DNA from: Syntrophorhabdaceae bacterium
GTDB lineage: Bacteria; Desulfobacterota; Deferrimicrobia; Deferrimicrobiales; Deferrimicrobiaceae
NCBI GenBank assembly: GCA_009783195.1
Contig: WRHP01000003.1
Location: 4,096-68,095 of the forward strand
Direction of reading: 5' to 3'
Length of the DNA stretch: 64,000 bases
In this document: one piece after another, positions 7,666 to 18,113 of the stretch
Numbering within the stretch: position 1 is the stretch's first letter
Layout of the letters: every line of letters begins with the position of its first letter
Made by a program: the position numbers and the translations under genes
The notes under the pieces: generated by a model
Database searches by the model: none
Seen by the model: the letters and a program-made list of their open reading frames with translations, nothing else
Told to the model about the DNA's origin: nothing

Positions 7666-8450
7666 ACTATATCTCCGCTGTAAACCATTTCGTCGGTCAA
7701 CGCCCCGTCCGGGCGAAACCGCAGTACGCCGTCGTTACTCACCCCGCCGGCGACACCCCAAGCTTCTTCACCGCCACGCCGGATCAATATTCGCCGGTCC
7801 CGCAACATGTCCCTGCGCGACCAGTCCGGGTGAATCGCCTTAAACCCATTTGCTACGAATTCTGTATAGCGGATGCCGAAAGCGTTCAGGAAACCAGCCA
7901 GGATCTCCTCGCGAGAAAAGGAGTGTCCCGCGCTAATAGCAAACGATGTGGCCTTTCCGTGAAGCTCGTCCGGAATCTCGTCTTCGGCAAGATTCACGTT
8001 TATGCCGACGCCAACCACCGCGCATTTCAATTCGTCGCCGTCGGATGTGGTCTCGACCAGAATGCCGGCAGCCTTCCGGCTTCCTAAATAAAGGTCGTTT
8101 GGCCACTTGAGAAAAGCGGCAACCCCAACGCTTTCCGCAACATCGGCCAGAGCCACTCCCGCCGCGAGTGATAGCCCGGCCGCCTTCGCATTCGGGATTT
8201 TTGGACGCACAATCAGCGAAACATAAATGTTTCGGCCTGGCGGCGAAACCCAATGCCGCCCCCGGCAACCGCGCCCAAAAGTCTGCTCGTCCGCAATTAC
8301 TACCGTTCCGTGCGGAGCGCCTGACGCGGCAAGCTCCATCGCCCTGATGTTAGTGCTGTCCACCGAACCAAGACAAACCATCTCAACCCATGGGCTGCCG
8401 CAGGCAAGCTTTTTTAACAGTTCCTCCGGCAAGGTCTGCCCGAAAATCAT
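7653..8450 (-). CDS. birA: Biotin--[acetyl-CoA-carboxylase] ligase (no HTH domain)
   Basis: GRGCRGRHW biotin loop, KWPNDLY, SVDSTN. The track start 8540 would overlap the DUF192 gene and crosses an AT-rich stretch, so ATG 8450 ([12 protein letters not shown]) is preferred. The start is uncertain. Confidence 0.8.
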   Translation of the reverse strand: MIFGQTLPEELLKKLACGSPWVEMVCLGSVDSTNIRAMELAASGAPHGTVVIADEQTFGRGCRGRHWVSPPGRNIYVSLIVRPKIPNAKAAGLSLAAGVALADVAESVGVAAFLKWPNDLYLGSRKAAGILVETTSDGDELKCAVVGVGINVNLAEDEIPDELHGKATSFAISAGHSFSREEILAGFLNAFGIRYTEFVANGFKAIHPDWSRRDMLRDRRILIRRGGEEAWGVAGGVSNDGVLRFRPDGALTDEMVYSGDIVCFS

Positions 8451-8517
8451 CACTATATATAAGCATTTAGGGTAGATAAAATCAATACAAAGATTAACGC
8501 GCGGGCCTTGCGCGGCA

Positions 8518-8862
8518 TCATGGCTCGAAGCGTATCTCATCTCCTATCGCGCTTTCCGTCCGCCTGATAGTTCCCGCAGGCAACTCCAAAACTCCGCGGG
8601 CGTTCCGGACGATTCCAGAAACGCGATTCACCCGGAATCCTTCGAGCAACCACAATATTTTTCCGTCCGACCCAAGAAACAAAGCGTCGAAAACAAATCG
8701 CATCCCGATCGAATGGATGCTGGAACACGGAGAGATCCACAACCCCTCTTCCTCCTCCAGCCGGTCTTTACCGAGAAGACCTATCATCCTCCCGAAAAAA
8801 CCTCTTGCGGTATGGACCTTCGCGCCAAGGACAGTCCCGCGCGTGATGTTCAATACCTTCAT
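8518..8862 (-). CDS. DUF192 (COG1430) family protein
   Basis: MKVLNITRG...GLLGKDRL...GLWISPCSSIHSIGMRFVFDALFL. ATG 8862 overlaps the upstream stop (ATGA at 8859-8862). The track start 8979 lies inside the upstream gene. Confidence 0.7.
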   Translation of the reverse strand: MKVLNITRGTVLGAKVHTARGFFGRMIGLLGKDRLEEEEGLWISPCSSIHSIGMRFVFDALFLGSDGKILWLLEGFRVNRVSGIVRNARGVLELPAGTIRRTESAIGDEIRFEP

Positions 8863-10148
8863 CGGCGCCCGCCTTGCTCCTTGCCGCCAAACAAGGCATG
8901 TCGCGCCAGTTCGGCCACATGGACAATCCGCATGGAGGGGTTGGTGCGAGCCGCCATATCCCGCATCTGGAAAATGCACCCGGAGCAGGCGGCGGAGATG
9001 ATTTTTGTGCCTCCCTTTGCCGCAACGGATACCTTGTTCTCACCGATACGCGCGGAAGTAGGATAATCCCTTACATTAAATGCGCCTCCGTATCCGCAGC
9101 ATAAATCCGCCCCTTCCATCTCTTTAAAAGCGCTCCCCGCCGCCCGGACCAGCACTTTGCGCGGCTCGTCCCCTCTCTTCAACGTCCCTGTCAGGTGGCA
9201 CGAGTCGTGGTAACCGATCACGCCCGGAAACGAAACCGTAGCCGGGTCCGGAAATTTGCGCGCAACGCCGGAGTCGAGAAGAAAGCTCGCATAATCAATA
9301 CTGCGCTTCGCTACGAAAAGAGCGTCCTCATAAAGCGGATGCCCTTCCTTGAACAGTTCAGGAATGTTTCTCTTGAACATAAGGAGACACGACCCGCACG
9401 GAAAGACAATCGTTTCCGGCGCGGCCACGCGCATGCTCCTAAGGTTTGCCTCCATGCTGACAAAAGCGGACTTCCTGTCGCCTGAAGTCAGCGCGGGGAG
9501 ACCGCAGCATGCCGCGCCCCGGAAAACTGAAACCGGTCTGCCGCAAATCTTTACCGTCTCGTACGCCGCGCCGCCAACCTCCGGAAAGAGGTGGTCAAAC
9601 ACACACCCGACAAACAGCATCACATCGCCGGAAACCGCTTCGCTCTTCCCAAGCGACTCTATAAACCCTTTTGAAGGCAGCTCTGGAAACATCCTGCCGT
9701 CCCCAAAGAACTTCAACGGAAACCGGTAATGAAGTCCGCTATCGGTAGGGATTTTTTTAAGGAAGATACGCTGGGCAGCCGCGCCCGCTCTGCGTATAGC
9801 CCGCATCGCGGCATCAGAAGGCATGACATTTCCAAACAGGATGCTCTTCCATGCCGGAATACCAACTTCATCCGCAAGCTTTGCCCTGGCGCGCATAACG
9901 ATCTCTTCATAAAGAACCTGGTTGGGGCACTCCCGCTCACATCGCCCGCAAAGGAGGCAGTCCGCCATCGCTTCACGTACCGCCGGCAAATCCAGATTCT
10001 CGCCGGCAAGCGCGCTCTCCAGGATGCGCACCTTGCCTCGCGCCACCGCGTTTTCCGTTTTCCTGTAAGGATAAAGACTACAGACGGTCCGGCAGGTTCC
10101 ACACTTGGCGCACAAGCCCGCCATCTCCAGCAATTCTTCGTCTTTCAC
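8859..10148 (-). CDS. (Fe-S)-binding oxidoreductase subunit, GlcF/LutA-like (2x4Fe-4S + CCG domains)
   Basis: 429 aa. Ferredoxin motifs CAKCGTCRTVCSLYP and CLLCGRCERECP, followed by cysteine-rich CCG-type regions (GAACCG, HDSCHL, LCCGYGG). Confidence 0.8.
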   Translation of the reverse strand: MKDEELLEMAGLCAKCGTCRTVCSLYPYRKTENAVARGKVRILESALAGENLDLPAVREAMADCLLCGRCERECPNQVLYEEIVMRARAKLADEVGIPAWKSILFGNVMPSDAAMRAIRRAGAAAQRIFLKKIPTDSGLHYRFPLKFFGDGRMFPELPSKGFIESLGKSEAVSGDVMLFVGCVFDHLFPEVGGAAYETVKICGRPVSVFRGAACCGLPALTSGDRKSAFVSMEANLRSMRVAAPETIVFPCGSCLLMFKRNIPELFKEGHPLYEDALFVAKRSIDYASFLLDSGVARKFPDPATVSFPGVIGYHDSCHLTGTLKRGDEPRKVLVRAAGSAFKEMEGADLCCGYGGAFNVRDYPTSARIGENKVSVAAKGGTKIISAACSGCIFQMRDMAARTNPSMRIVHVAELARHALFGGKEQGGRR

Positions 10149-11536
10149 GAAGACCCCGCAACCTCCTCCGGGAAAATCTTTCCAGGGTTAAGAATCCCGT
10201 TTGGGTCAAAGCAGCTTTTAAGCCGCTTCATCACGGATATTCCCATCGGCCCTATTTCCATTTCCAGGAACGGAGACTTTACGATCCCGATTCCGTGCTC
10301 CCCGGTTATCGTACCTCCCATGTCCACAGCGGCTTTGAACACTTCGGCGACCGCTTCTTCGGCGCGCCGGTATTCATCCTGATCTTTTCCCGAAATCATG
10401 ATGTTGGCATGAATGTTCCCGTCTCCGGCATGGCCAAAGTTTACTACCGTAACCTTTTTTCTGGCGCCAAGCTCCGAGAGGAAATCAAGCATGTCGGCCA
10501 GCCTGCTCCGGGGAACCACGATGTCCTCGTTCATCTTCACGGCGCCGACGCGCAGCAGCGCCGGAGATATTGAACGGCGCAGCTTCCAGAGATCGTCTCT
10601 CCCCGGCGCGTCGTAGGCGCGCCTCACCTCAAGCGCCCCGCAAGCGCGGCACGCCTCTTCCACCCGGTCCGCCTCCGGCGGCGCGGACGCGGCGGACCCG
10701 TCCACCTCTACCAGCAGGACGCTGCGCGTCCCTTCGGGCAGATCTATCGGAATCGTAGCCTGCACGCAGTCAATGGCGGTACGGTCCATCAGTTCCATCG
10801 CGGCGGGAATAACGCGCGCCGCCACGATCGCGTTCACCGCCCCGGCAGCCTTACGGTTTTCCGTAAACATCGCCAGAAGCGTAATTACCGACTCCGGCAG
10901 CGGAACAAGCTTGAGCGTGGCGCGGGTGATAACGCCAAGTGTGCCTTCGGAGCCCACCAGCATCCGCGTCAGATCGTACCCGGCCACCCCCTTCATGGTT
11001 GCCACGCCAGTGCGGACGATCTCTCCCGTCCCAAGAACCGCTTCGAGCGCCAGAACATAGTCCCTTGTCACGCCATACTTGACCGCGCACATCCCGCCCG
11101 CGCACTCGGCGATATTGCCGCCGATAGTGCTGAATTTGAGCGACGCCGGATCGGGAGGGTAGAAAAGGCCCATCTTGCGAACCTCTTCTTTCAGCGCGCC
11201 AGTCACTACGCCCGGCTGCGCGACCACATACAGATTTTCCGTGTCGATAGCCAGAATCCGGTCCATAAGCTCGGTGGAAAGGACAAGCCCTCCATGAACC
11301 GGCAGCGAACCGCCAGAGAACCCGGTTCCCGCCCCGCGTGGAACGACCGGAAAACGCATCTGGTTTGCAAGCTCGACAATACGCTGAACTTCCAGCGTAT
11401 CGACGGGAAATGCCACAGCATCGGGGAGAAAATTTTTTCTTGTAGCGTCGAAGGAATAGCTGGCACGAGTCTCAAAGGAAGTCTCAAGCCGTTTTCCAAG
11501 GATTTCATCGAGCGCGGAGAAGGCGGACTTTTTCAT
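10145..11536 (-). CDS. FAD-linked oxidase, GlcD-like (glycolate/D-lactate oxidase subunit)
   Basis: 463 aa. PCMH FAD-binding motif PVVPRGAGTGFSGGS and C-terminal GEHGIG. 4-nt overlap with the downstream Fe-S subunit gene. Confidence 0.85.
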   Translation of the reverse strand: MKKSAFSALDEILGKRLETSFETRASYSFDATRKNFLPDAVAFPVDTLEVQRIVELANQMRFPVVPRGAGTGFSGGSLPVHGGLVLSTELMDRILAIDTENLYVVAQPGVVTGALKEEVRKMGLFYPPDPASLKFSTIGGNIAECAGGMCAVKYGVTRDYVLALEAVLGTGEIVRTGVATMKGVAGYDLTRMLVGSEGTLGVITRATLKLVPLPESVITLLAMFTENRKAAGAVNAIVAARVIPAAMELMDRTAIDCVQATIPIDLPEGTRSVLLVEVDGSAASAPPEADRVEEACRACGALEVRRAYDAPGRDDLWKLRRSISPALLRVGAVKMNEDIVVPRSRLADMLDFLSELGARKKVTVVNFGHAGDGNIHANIMISGKDQDEYRRAEEAVAEVFKAAVDMGGTITGEHGIGIVKSPFLEMEIGPMGISVMKRLKSCFDPNGILNPGKIFPEEVAGSS

Positions 11537-11585
11537 ATCCGCTTTTATCCTATCACGGAAAGAAAAAACGCCTGTTCGAGCAAAG

Positions 11586-12350
11586 CTAATCGAGCGAGTT
11601 GATAAACGCCGTAATTACGGCGACCAGCTCCGTGGGCCGCTCAAGGACAGGAAGGTGTCCGGTGCCGTGCATGACCTTCAAGACCGCGCCGGAAATGTTA
11701 TTTGCGAGATATTCCCCATATTTCAGAGGAATAAGCCCGTCTTCAGTGCCATTGATCACAAGCGTCGGAAGGCGGATCACGCCGATACGGTCCATCCGGT
11801 CGAAATCATTGCACGCGCGAAAGTCAGCCAGATGGGTCTCAAGTCGGGTAGACAAAAAGTTTTTCATAACATCTTCCCGCAAATCGGCGGATGTTTCGTT
11901 TGATATCATCCGATCCACAAACTCCGGAACGAAATCGTTAAACCGCTCCTTGATTCCCTGGACGATATCCGGATCGACTTTGAGCTTGGCTCCGGAGGAG
12001 ATAATAATCAGCGCCTCTATCCCCGGCATCTCATTAAGAGCGGCCTCCAAGGCAATTGCCCCTCCCATCGAGTGCCCCGCCAGGATAAACTTTTTCAGCC
12101 CAAGCTCTTTCACGAAGTCAGCCAGCCATCCGGCCGCCTGCGAAATGCTTTCAAATGGAGCTCCGCCGCTGCGGGCATGGCCGGGAAGATCGGGAATGAT
12201 GAGCCGCGCGGTCCCTTTTAGCCTGGCCCACTGGTCCCGGAACGTATGATGAGACCCGCCGGCGCCGTGCAGAAACAGGATCGTGCGCGAACTCGACTTC
12301 ATGGTGTCTTTGAAATAAACGACCTGATCCTTAACGTACATCTCTGGCAT
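11586..12350 (-). CDS. Alpha/beta hydrolase
   Basis: 254 aa. HGAGGS oxyanion region and nucleophile elbow GHSMGG. GAGGGGG SD upstream of ATG 12350. Confidence 0.8.
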   Translation of the reverse strand: MPEMYVKDQVVYFKDTMKSSSRTILFLHGAGGSHHTFRDQWARLKGTARLIIPDLPGHARSGGAPFESISQAAGWLADFVKELGLKKFILAGHSMGGAIALEAALNEMPGIEALIIISSGAKLKVDPDIVQGIKERFNDFVPEFVDRMISNETSADLREDVMKNFLSTRLETHLADFRACNDFDRMDRIGVIRLPTLVINGTEDGLIPLKYGEYLANNISGAVLKVMHGTGHLPVLERPTELVAVITAFINSLD

Positions 12351-12677
12351 TTTCCGGCCCCCTCAGAATGTTGGTACGTTCCAAGTATATCCAATCTTCA
12401 GGCCGATTATCGCGCCAAGGTTTTTTAATGTTTTTGAAACCGGCGAACGGCATGAAAAAAGAAGTCACGCGCAGTTTGCGCGATTCCGCCGCAATCAGCG
12501 CGTGATTCACGTCGGCATAATTTTTCTGGTGATGGTTTTGGGATTCCGGTGACTGTTGCGCGTAAAGAAACGATTGACTCGACAACTTGCTGCGGTTGAA
12601 CAGATAAACTCTTACAGTTCGCCTTGCCACTGCCGTTAATCCGGGAAGGACGGACGACCCATTATGATCCTCGTTGT

Positions 12678-13304
12678 TTAAACGTGCCCGGAGTTTTCCG
12701 CGCCTGGCGCGCGAAGCCCATCCGCAAGCAGATTGAAAACCTCGGACGCAGTAACAGACGGATGGTAGTTCTTTCTTTTGGAAAGGATGTAGGTTCTGGA
12801 AAGCTCATCCATAGCGCCAAAAACGATACGCCGCGCCACTCTGACATTCATATCTAAACGGAACAGCCCCGCTTCCTTGCCTTCTTCGATAATTCCGCTC
12901 AAGATGTCGAGATACTCAAAGAACTTAACAGGCGTATAGTCCTTCATGAACTTACTGCTCTGCCGAAGCTCTACCTGCAACACTTCAATCAGTCCCGCTT
13001 CGCCCTCCAGTAACTTCATGTGATTCTCTATATATGCTTTCAACTTATCCAGCGGGTTCGTGTATTCATTGACCTTCCTGCGCATTTCCACAACAATTTC
13101 GTCCATCTTCTCTTCGAACAGCGCGATCAGCAAGTCGTCCTTGCTCTTGAAATATATGTAAATCGTGCCGTCCGCCACGCCGGAAGCCCTGGCGATCTCT
13201 GACACCTTGGAGCCGAAAAAGCCTTTTTGAGAGAAAACCTCGATAGCCGCCTGGAGAATACGATTCCGTTTGTTTCCGGCGTAATCCGGATCTTTCTTTG
13301 GCAT
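12678..13304 (-). CDS. TetR/AcrR family transcriptional regulator
   Basis: ATG 13304 (MPKKDPDYAGNKRNRILQAAIEVF) has a GGAGGAAG SD. HTH sequence FSQKGFFGSKVSEIARASGVADGTIYIYFKSKDDLL. The track start 13382 lacks support. Confidence 0.85.
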   Translation of the reverse strand: MPKKDPDYAGNKRNRILQAAIEVFSQKGFFGSKVSEIARASGVADGTIYIYFKSKDDLLIALFEEKMDEIVVEMRRKVNEYTNPLDKLKAYIENHMKLLEGEAGLIEVLQVELRQSSKFMKDYTPVKFFEYLDILSGIIEEGKEAGLFRLDMNVRVARRIVFGAMDELSRTYILSKRKNYHPSVTASEVFNLLADGLRAPGAENSGHV

Positions 13305-13338
13305 AACTTCCTCCGTAAAACTGAACGGCGATTCACAA

Positions 13339-13367
13339 AAAATACGGCAACGAGAACAATCTGTCAA
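13339..13367 (-). promoter_or_regulatory. Putative sigma70-type promoter of the TetR gene
   Basis: Minus strand reads TTGACA (13362-13367), a 17-nt spacer, then TATTTT (13339-13344), about 35 nt upstream of ATG 13304. Confidence 0.35.
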
Positions 13368-13420
13368 CAGTGTATAAAACACCGCACCCTGCGTCTGTCA
13401 CATATAAGTTATCGGAAAAA

Positions 13421-13464
13421 ATTTGAAAAAATTAAATCCGCAAGCGCCTGTTTTTCCGCTTCGG
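13421..13464 (-). terminator. Possible intrinsic terminator downstream of folK
   Basis: Minus-strand hairpin CCGAAGCG / CGCTTGCGG (8 bp with one bulge, 10-nt loop) followed by ATTTAATTTTTT. It lies ~200 nt past the folK stop. Confidence 0.35.
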
Positions 13465-13661
13465 CTATTTTTTTTAAGAATATTTTGTAATATTTCCACA
13501 ATTCCACCTCACACCCCGATCCGGTCCCTCGCATTTTTTGTCTCGGATCAGAGTGGCGTCAAGGTTATATCAGGATTTGAGGTGGCGGGAATTGACCGGA
13601 ACGTCCTTTTTCAGTTCGTCGATAGTAAGGACAGCGGCGCTTCATCGCAATACGAAACGGC

Positions 13662-14222
13662 TTACAGACAAAGACGCATTACCTCGAGCGGATCTTCACA
13701 GGAAGCAAGAAGCTGTTCCACGGTTTCTTCTCCGGGCGGAACAACCGCTTCCGGGGCGATATCCGCCACCGGCGCCAGACAAAAGCGCCGGCTACGCATC
13801 GACTCGTGTGGAACAATCAACCCCTGCTCCGAAACAGCAGTGTCTCCCATTAAGATAATATCAACGTCGAGCCGCCTGGGTCCCCAACGCCCGGTCGGTA
13901 GCCGCCCCGCGCCAGTTTCCAGCCGCTTCGACAAAGCAAGAAGCTCCCAAGGCGACAGCGGCGTCTCTATCCGGACCGCGAGATTCAGAAACCAGGGTTG
14001 CCGGCTTCGACCGTGCGGCCTGCTTGCGTACAGAGGAGATATTGCCCGAACATGGGCTTCCAGTGAAAGAGCCTTAACCGCGTCGCGGATTATACGAACC
14101 CGGTGCCCAATGTTGCTTCCCAACAGAAGTACCGCGTCTGAAGCACCGCCCGGTTTCAGCTTTGCGGCTCCCCGGCCAAGCCTTGGCTTTTTACGCCTTT
14201 CACCGGCCAAGTCCCAAAACAT
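13662..14222 (-). CDS. folK: 2-amino-4-hydroxy-6-hydroxymethyldihydropteridine diphosphokinase
   Basis: LLLGSNIG, ISPLYASRP, GPRRLDVDIILMGD, LIVPHESMRSRRFCLAPVADI. The start is uncertain: ATG 14222 or 14234 (both overlapping the dapB 3' end) or TTG 14123. The track start 14453 lies inside dapB. Confidence 0.8.
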   Translation of the reverse strand: MFWDLAGERRKKPRLGRGAAKLKPGGASDAVLLLGSNIGHRVRIIRDAVKALSLEAHVRAISPLYASRPHGRSRQPWFLNLAVRIETPLSPWELLALSKRLETGAGRLPTGRWGPRRLDVDIILMGDTAVSEQGLIVPHESMRSRRFCLAPVADIAPEAVVPPGEETVEQLLASCEDPLEVMRLCL

Positions 14223-15006
14223 CCGCCATATCATAAAGGCCAGGAGGTTTCCCCAAAATCCAATGCGCGGCGCGGACAGCCCCTCGCGCAAACGTGTCCC
14301 GGCTGTGCGCCCTGTGAGTGATTTCGAACCGCTCGCCAATACCGCCGAAAACAAGCGTGTGTTCCCCCACCACATCCCCGGAACGCATCGCGAATACGCC
14401 GATCTCCCGCTTGGTGCGCTCTCCCACCATCCCTTCCCGGCCATATACCCCAACTTCCTTCATTTCCCTGCCAAGGGCGGAAGCCACCACGTCGGCCAGC
14501 TTAACCGCCGTGCCGGAAGGCGCGTCTTTCTTGAATCGGTGATGAGTCTCGACAATCTCCACATCGTAGCCGTCACCGAGGATACGCGCGACATCGGCGG
14601 CCACCCGGAACATGAGATTTACGCCGATGCTCATGTTGGGGGATTGCACGACCGCGGTTTTACGCGCGGCAGCCCGTATCGCCTCCAACTGCTCACTTTT
14701 TATGCCGGTTGCCCCTATGACGATCGGTTTTCCTTTCGCCGCCGCGATCGCCGCGTTGAGGATCGAGCTTTCAGCGGCGGTAAAATCAATGACAACATCG
14801 GCAGCCGCGATTACCGCCTCCAAATCGTCGGAAAGGAAAACTCCCCGGCATCCCGTGCCCGCCGCCGCCATCTCCGCGCCGATAGACGGATGCCCTTTCG
14901 TCTCAACCGCGCCGGACAGCGTCAGACCATACGCCCCTTCCGAAAGAACAGAGAGGATCGCCTTTCCCATCCGCCCCATAGCGCCGCACACCACCACACC
15001 CGGCAT
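14200..15006 (-). CDS. dapB: 4-hydroxy-tetrahydrodipicolinate reductase
   Basis: 268 aa. GAMGRMG dinucleotide loop and ETHHRFKKDAPSGTA signature. Confidence 0.9.
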   Translation of the reverse strand: MPGVVVCGAMGRMGKAILSVLSEGAYGLTLSGAVETKGHPSIGAEMAAAGTGCRGVFLSDDLEAVIAAADVVIDFTAAESSILNAAIAAAKGKPIVIGATGIKSEQLEAIRAAARKTAVVQSPNMSIGVNLMFRVAADVARILGDGYDVEIVETHHRFKKDAPSGTAVKLADVVASALGREMKEVGVYGREGMVGERTKREIGVFAMRSGDVVGEHTLVFGGIGERFEITHRAHSRDTFARGAVRAAHWILGKPPGLYDMADVLGLGR

Positions 15007-15018
15007 AACATCGGCTCC

Positions 15019-15891
15019 TTACACGATTTTCAAACCGACAAGCGCTTTCGCCAGCGTCTTTCGGTTGGCTTCGGACATCTCGCATAACGGCATACGAAAC
15101 TCTTCCTTTATCATTCCCATCATCGCGGCGGCGGTCTTGACCGGAATCGGGCTTGTCTCGATAAAGAGAGCCTGCATAAGCGGCCACAGGCGGAAGTGTA
15201 TCTCGCGCGCGCGTTCGATATTTCCGGCAACACAGGCTTCGTAAATATCAGCCATTTCACGCGGCGCCACGTTTGACGTAACGGAAATAACACCCCTTGC
15301 TCCAAGCATCAGCATGGGGAAATACAAGGCGTCGTCGCCGGAGAGAAGACAAAAGTCCTTGGGCGTTGACCGGATAATCTCGCAGATCTGTGAAAGGTTC
15401 CCGGACGCTTCCTTCAAGCCGACGATATTTTTTATCTCGGCAAGCCGCGCCACCGTTTCGGCTGTCATGTTCACGCCCGTCCGGCCTGGCACGTTGTACA
15501 GGATGATAGGGATGTCCACTTCCCCGGCAATAGCTTTGTAGTGGTTGAAGAGCCCTTTCTGCGTGGGCTTGTTGTAGTACGGCGTGATAATGAGCGCCGC
15601 GTCCGCCCCCGACTTCCGCGCATAGCGCGTGAGGGTGACGGCTTCCTTCGTATTGTTCGACCCCGTACCGGCGATCACCGGAACCTTGCCTCGGGCCGCG
15701 TCTATCACAATATTAATTACCTTCTCGTGTTCCTCAAAGGAAAGGGTTGCCGACTCCCCGGTGGTTCCGCACGGGACAATGCCGCTGATTCCGTTGCGGA
15801 TCTGAAACGCGACCAGCTTTCGGAGAGCCTGCGCGTCGAGCCGCCCGTTGCTAAACGGCGTAATGATTGCTGTGATAGCCCCCTTGAACAT
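15019..15891 (-). CDS. dapA: 4-hydroxy-tetrahydrodipicolinate synthase
   Basis: 290 aa. GTTGESATLSFEEH and YNVPGRTG motifs. Confidence 0.9.
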   Translation of the reverse strand: MFKGAITAIITPFSNGRLDAQALRKLVAFQIRNGISGIVPCGTTGESATLSFEEHEKVINIVIDAARGKVPVIAGTGSNNTKEAVTLTRYARKSGADAALIITPYYNKPTQKGLFNHYKAIAGEVDIPIILYNVPGRTGVNMTAETVARLAEIKNIVGLKEASGNLSQICEIIRSTPKDFCLLSGDDALYFPMLMLGARGVISVTSNVAPREMADIYEACVAGNIERAREIHFRLWPLMQALFIETSPIPVKTAAAMMGMIKEEFRMPLCEMSEANRKTLAKALVGLKIV

Positions 15892-15914
15892 AGATCCCTC
15901 CCTGTAACCTTGCG

Positions 15915-16745
15915 TTAGTAGCTGTACGCTTCCTCAAACAGCTTGCCGTCGAAAACCCAGCTTGTGTCGCCTTCGAGGAACACCCGGCCGAAGTCTTTGG
16001 CCGTCGAGTCAAAATGCGCTTTTAGGATTTCCCCGCCACTTGTCCTTACGGTAACAGGAGACGCCGCGATCCCTTTTGCCGCCGCCAGGAGAGCGCAAGC
16101 CACAGCTCCGGTGCCGCACGCAAGCGTCTCTCCTTCAACCCCGCGCTCGTACGTGCGCACCCATAGCGTATCGCCACGCATTTGCGCAAAGTTGACGTTT
16201 GTTCCTTTCGGCGCGAAAACCTTGTGCGCGCGAATTCCGCGCCCGATTGCCTCAACATCAACCTTTGTCACGTCCGGAACAAAAAGCGCCGCGTGAGGAA
16301 CACCGGTGTTGATGAAGGAATAAACGTATTTCTTCCCGGCAAGCGTGAGAGACCGGTCAAGCGCCGGTTCTTTTGGCCGCGTCATCTGCAGTTTCACGCG
16401 CCGCCCGGACACGGAAGCATGAATGGTTCCCGCAAGGGTTTCAAAAGACATCCGCGCCCCGGCAATTTTTCGGGAGAATACGAAACGGGCGGCACAGCGC
16501 CCGCCGTTGCCGCACATTTCGGCGCGAGAGCCATCGGCATTATAAAAGTCCCACCGGAAATCGGCTTTCTTTGATTCCTCAATGAGAATGAGGCCATCGG
16601 CGCCGGCTGACCTGGCGCGGTCGCACACCCTGGCGGTGAAAGCGGGGCGATCTATCCCATCCATGACGCCATCGCGATTGTCGATCAGAAGGAAATCGTT
16701 TCCGCTTCCGTTGAGCTTTGAGAACGGAATTGCCTTCCGCTTCAT
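15915..16745 (-). CDS. dapF: Diaminopimelate epimerase
   Basis: GSGNDFLLIDNRDG, EMCGNGGRC and LACGTGAVA catalytic Cys motifs. ATG 16745 (MKRKAIPFSKLNG) is preferred over the track start 16808. Confidence 0.9.
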   Translation of the reverse strand: MKRKAIPFSKLNGSGNDFLLIDNRDGVMDGIDRPAFTARVCDRARSAGADGLILIEESKKADFRWDFYNADGSRAEMCGNGGRCAARFVFSRKIAGARMSFETLAGTIHASVSGRRVKLQMTRPKEPALDRSLTLAGKKYVYSFINTGVPHAALFVPDVTKVDVEAIGRGIRAHKVFAPKGTNVNFAQMRGDTLWVRTYERGVEGETLACGTGAVACALLAAAKGIAASPVTVRTSGGEILKAHFDSTAKDFGRVFLEGDTSWVFDGKLFEEAYSY

Positions 16746-16813
16746 GTTGCAATCCTTTTCAGCCATGAAGGTTATGGTATCAAAACATCGCCGCCGGCGT
16801 CGCGGCATCAGCG

Positions 16814-18109
16814 TTATCTTTTTACGCCGCTTCCTTTAATGAACGACGCCACGCGCTCTTTCCTGAAAATATCGCGGATCGTCTCCCGCTCACGGACCAC
16901 TTCGCAGCGGTTGCCCGACACCATCACCTCGGCGGCTCTCGGACGGCTGTTATAGTTCGAGGACATGGAAAAACCGTATGCTCCCGCGCCCATTACCGCA
17001 AGCAGGTCGCCCGCCTTGAACAGCGGCAGCACCCGATCCTTTGCGAGAAAATCGCTGGACTCGCAGATAGGGCCCACCACATCCGCCGTCACGCGCCTCG
17101 CGGGCGCTTTTCCGACCGGAAGAATCGCGTGGTAGGAACCATACATCGCCGGGCGAGCCAGATCGTTCATAGCCGCGTCAACGATGAAAAACCAGCGCTC
17201 CTTCTTTCCGCTGTCCGGCGAAGCTTTTTTCGTGTAAAGCACCTCTGCCACGAGCGCGCCGGCGTTTGCGACAAGAACACGCCCCGGTTCCAGAATCAGC
17301 GTTATATCCAGCCCCTGGAATACGCTTGCCACCACTTTTGCGTACTCTTTCGGGGACGGCGGGGATTCGTCGTTGTATCTGATCCCAAGCCCGCCTCCGA
17401 TGTCCACATACCGGATGGGCATCCCCTTGGCCAACAGCTTGTCCACAAGCCGCCGAACCCTTTTCGCCGCGTCCACGAAAGGCGAAAGCTCCGTAAGCTG
17501 CGAACCGATATGGCAATCGACGCCGACCACTTCGAGACCCGGCTGCCGGGCAGCCCATTCGTAATCCTCTACCGCCTGCCGGATGTTGATACCGAACTTG
17601 TTCTTTTTAAGTCCCGTTGAAATGTACGGGTGTGTCTTGGGATCGACATCCGGGTTTACGCGGATCGAGATCGGGGCGCGCTTGCGCATCCGCCGCGCAA
17701 TAACGTTGATCCGTTCGAGTTCCTCGCGTGACTCCACGTTGAACATGAGAATCCCGCGCCTCAACGCCTCCTCTATCTCCGGAACGCTTTTCCCAACCCC
17801 GGAGTAAACAATCTTTTTGGGAGAAACGCCGGCGGCAATCGCGCGCGCAAGTTCCCCGCCGGAAACAATATCGGCGCCGCTGCCAAGCCGTGCGAACGTC
17901 CGGACGACAGAGCCATTGGAGTTGGCTTTCATCGAATAACAAACAATATGGGGAATAGACGAGAAAGCCTCGTCGAACACCTTGAAGTGGCGCTCAAGCG
18001 TTGCGTGGCTGTAAACGTAAACGGGAGTCCCCATCTGACGCGCAATTTCCTCAAGAGGGTACTCCTCGCAGCAGAGCTTGCCTTGACGATTCACGGCAAA
18101 ATGATGCAT
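16814..18109 (-). CDS. lysA: Diaminopimelate decarboxylase
   Basis: 431 aa. PLP-lysine region VCYSMKANSN, plus GGGLGIRY and EPGRVLVANAG. Confidence 0.9.
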   Translation of the reverse strand: MHHFAVNRQGKLCCEEYPLEEIARQMGTPVYVYSHATLERHFKVFDEAFSSIPHIVCYSMKANSNGSVVRTFARLGSGADIVSGGELARAIAAGVSPKKIVYSGVGKSVPEIEEALRRGILMFNVESREELERINVIARRMRKRAPISIRVNPDVDPKTHPYISTGLKKNKFGINIRQAVEDYEWAARQPGLEVVGVDCHIGSQLTELSPFVDAAKRVRRLVDKLLAKGMPIRYVDIGGGLGIRYNDESPPSPKEYAKVVASVFQGLDITLILEPGRVLVANAGALVAEVLYTKKASPDSGKKERWFFIVDAAMNDLARPAMYGSYHAILPVGKAPARRVTADVVGPICESSDFLAKDRVLPLFKAGDLLAVMGAGAYGFSMSSNYNSRPRAAEVMVSGNRCEVVRERETIRDIFRKERVASFIKGSGVKR

Positions 18110-18113
18110 ATCT

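Noticed and set aside
12331-12630. 99-aa minus-strand ORF filling the TetR / hydrolase intergenic region
   Set aside because: Its GTG start has no SD and it reads through the hydrolase SD and start. The composition is odd and basic, with no family signature. The 327-bp spacer is more likely promoter/operator DNA, though a small gene cannot be fully excluded.
13423-15087. 554-aa plus-strand ORF spanning folK, dapB and the dapA 3' end
   Set aside because: It is antisense to three genes with unmistakable motifs. The translation is Arg/Ser/Pro-rich low complexity, typical of a stop-poor antisense frame in GC-rich DNA, and it has no SD or family signature.
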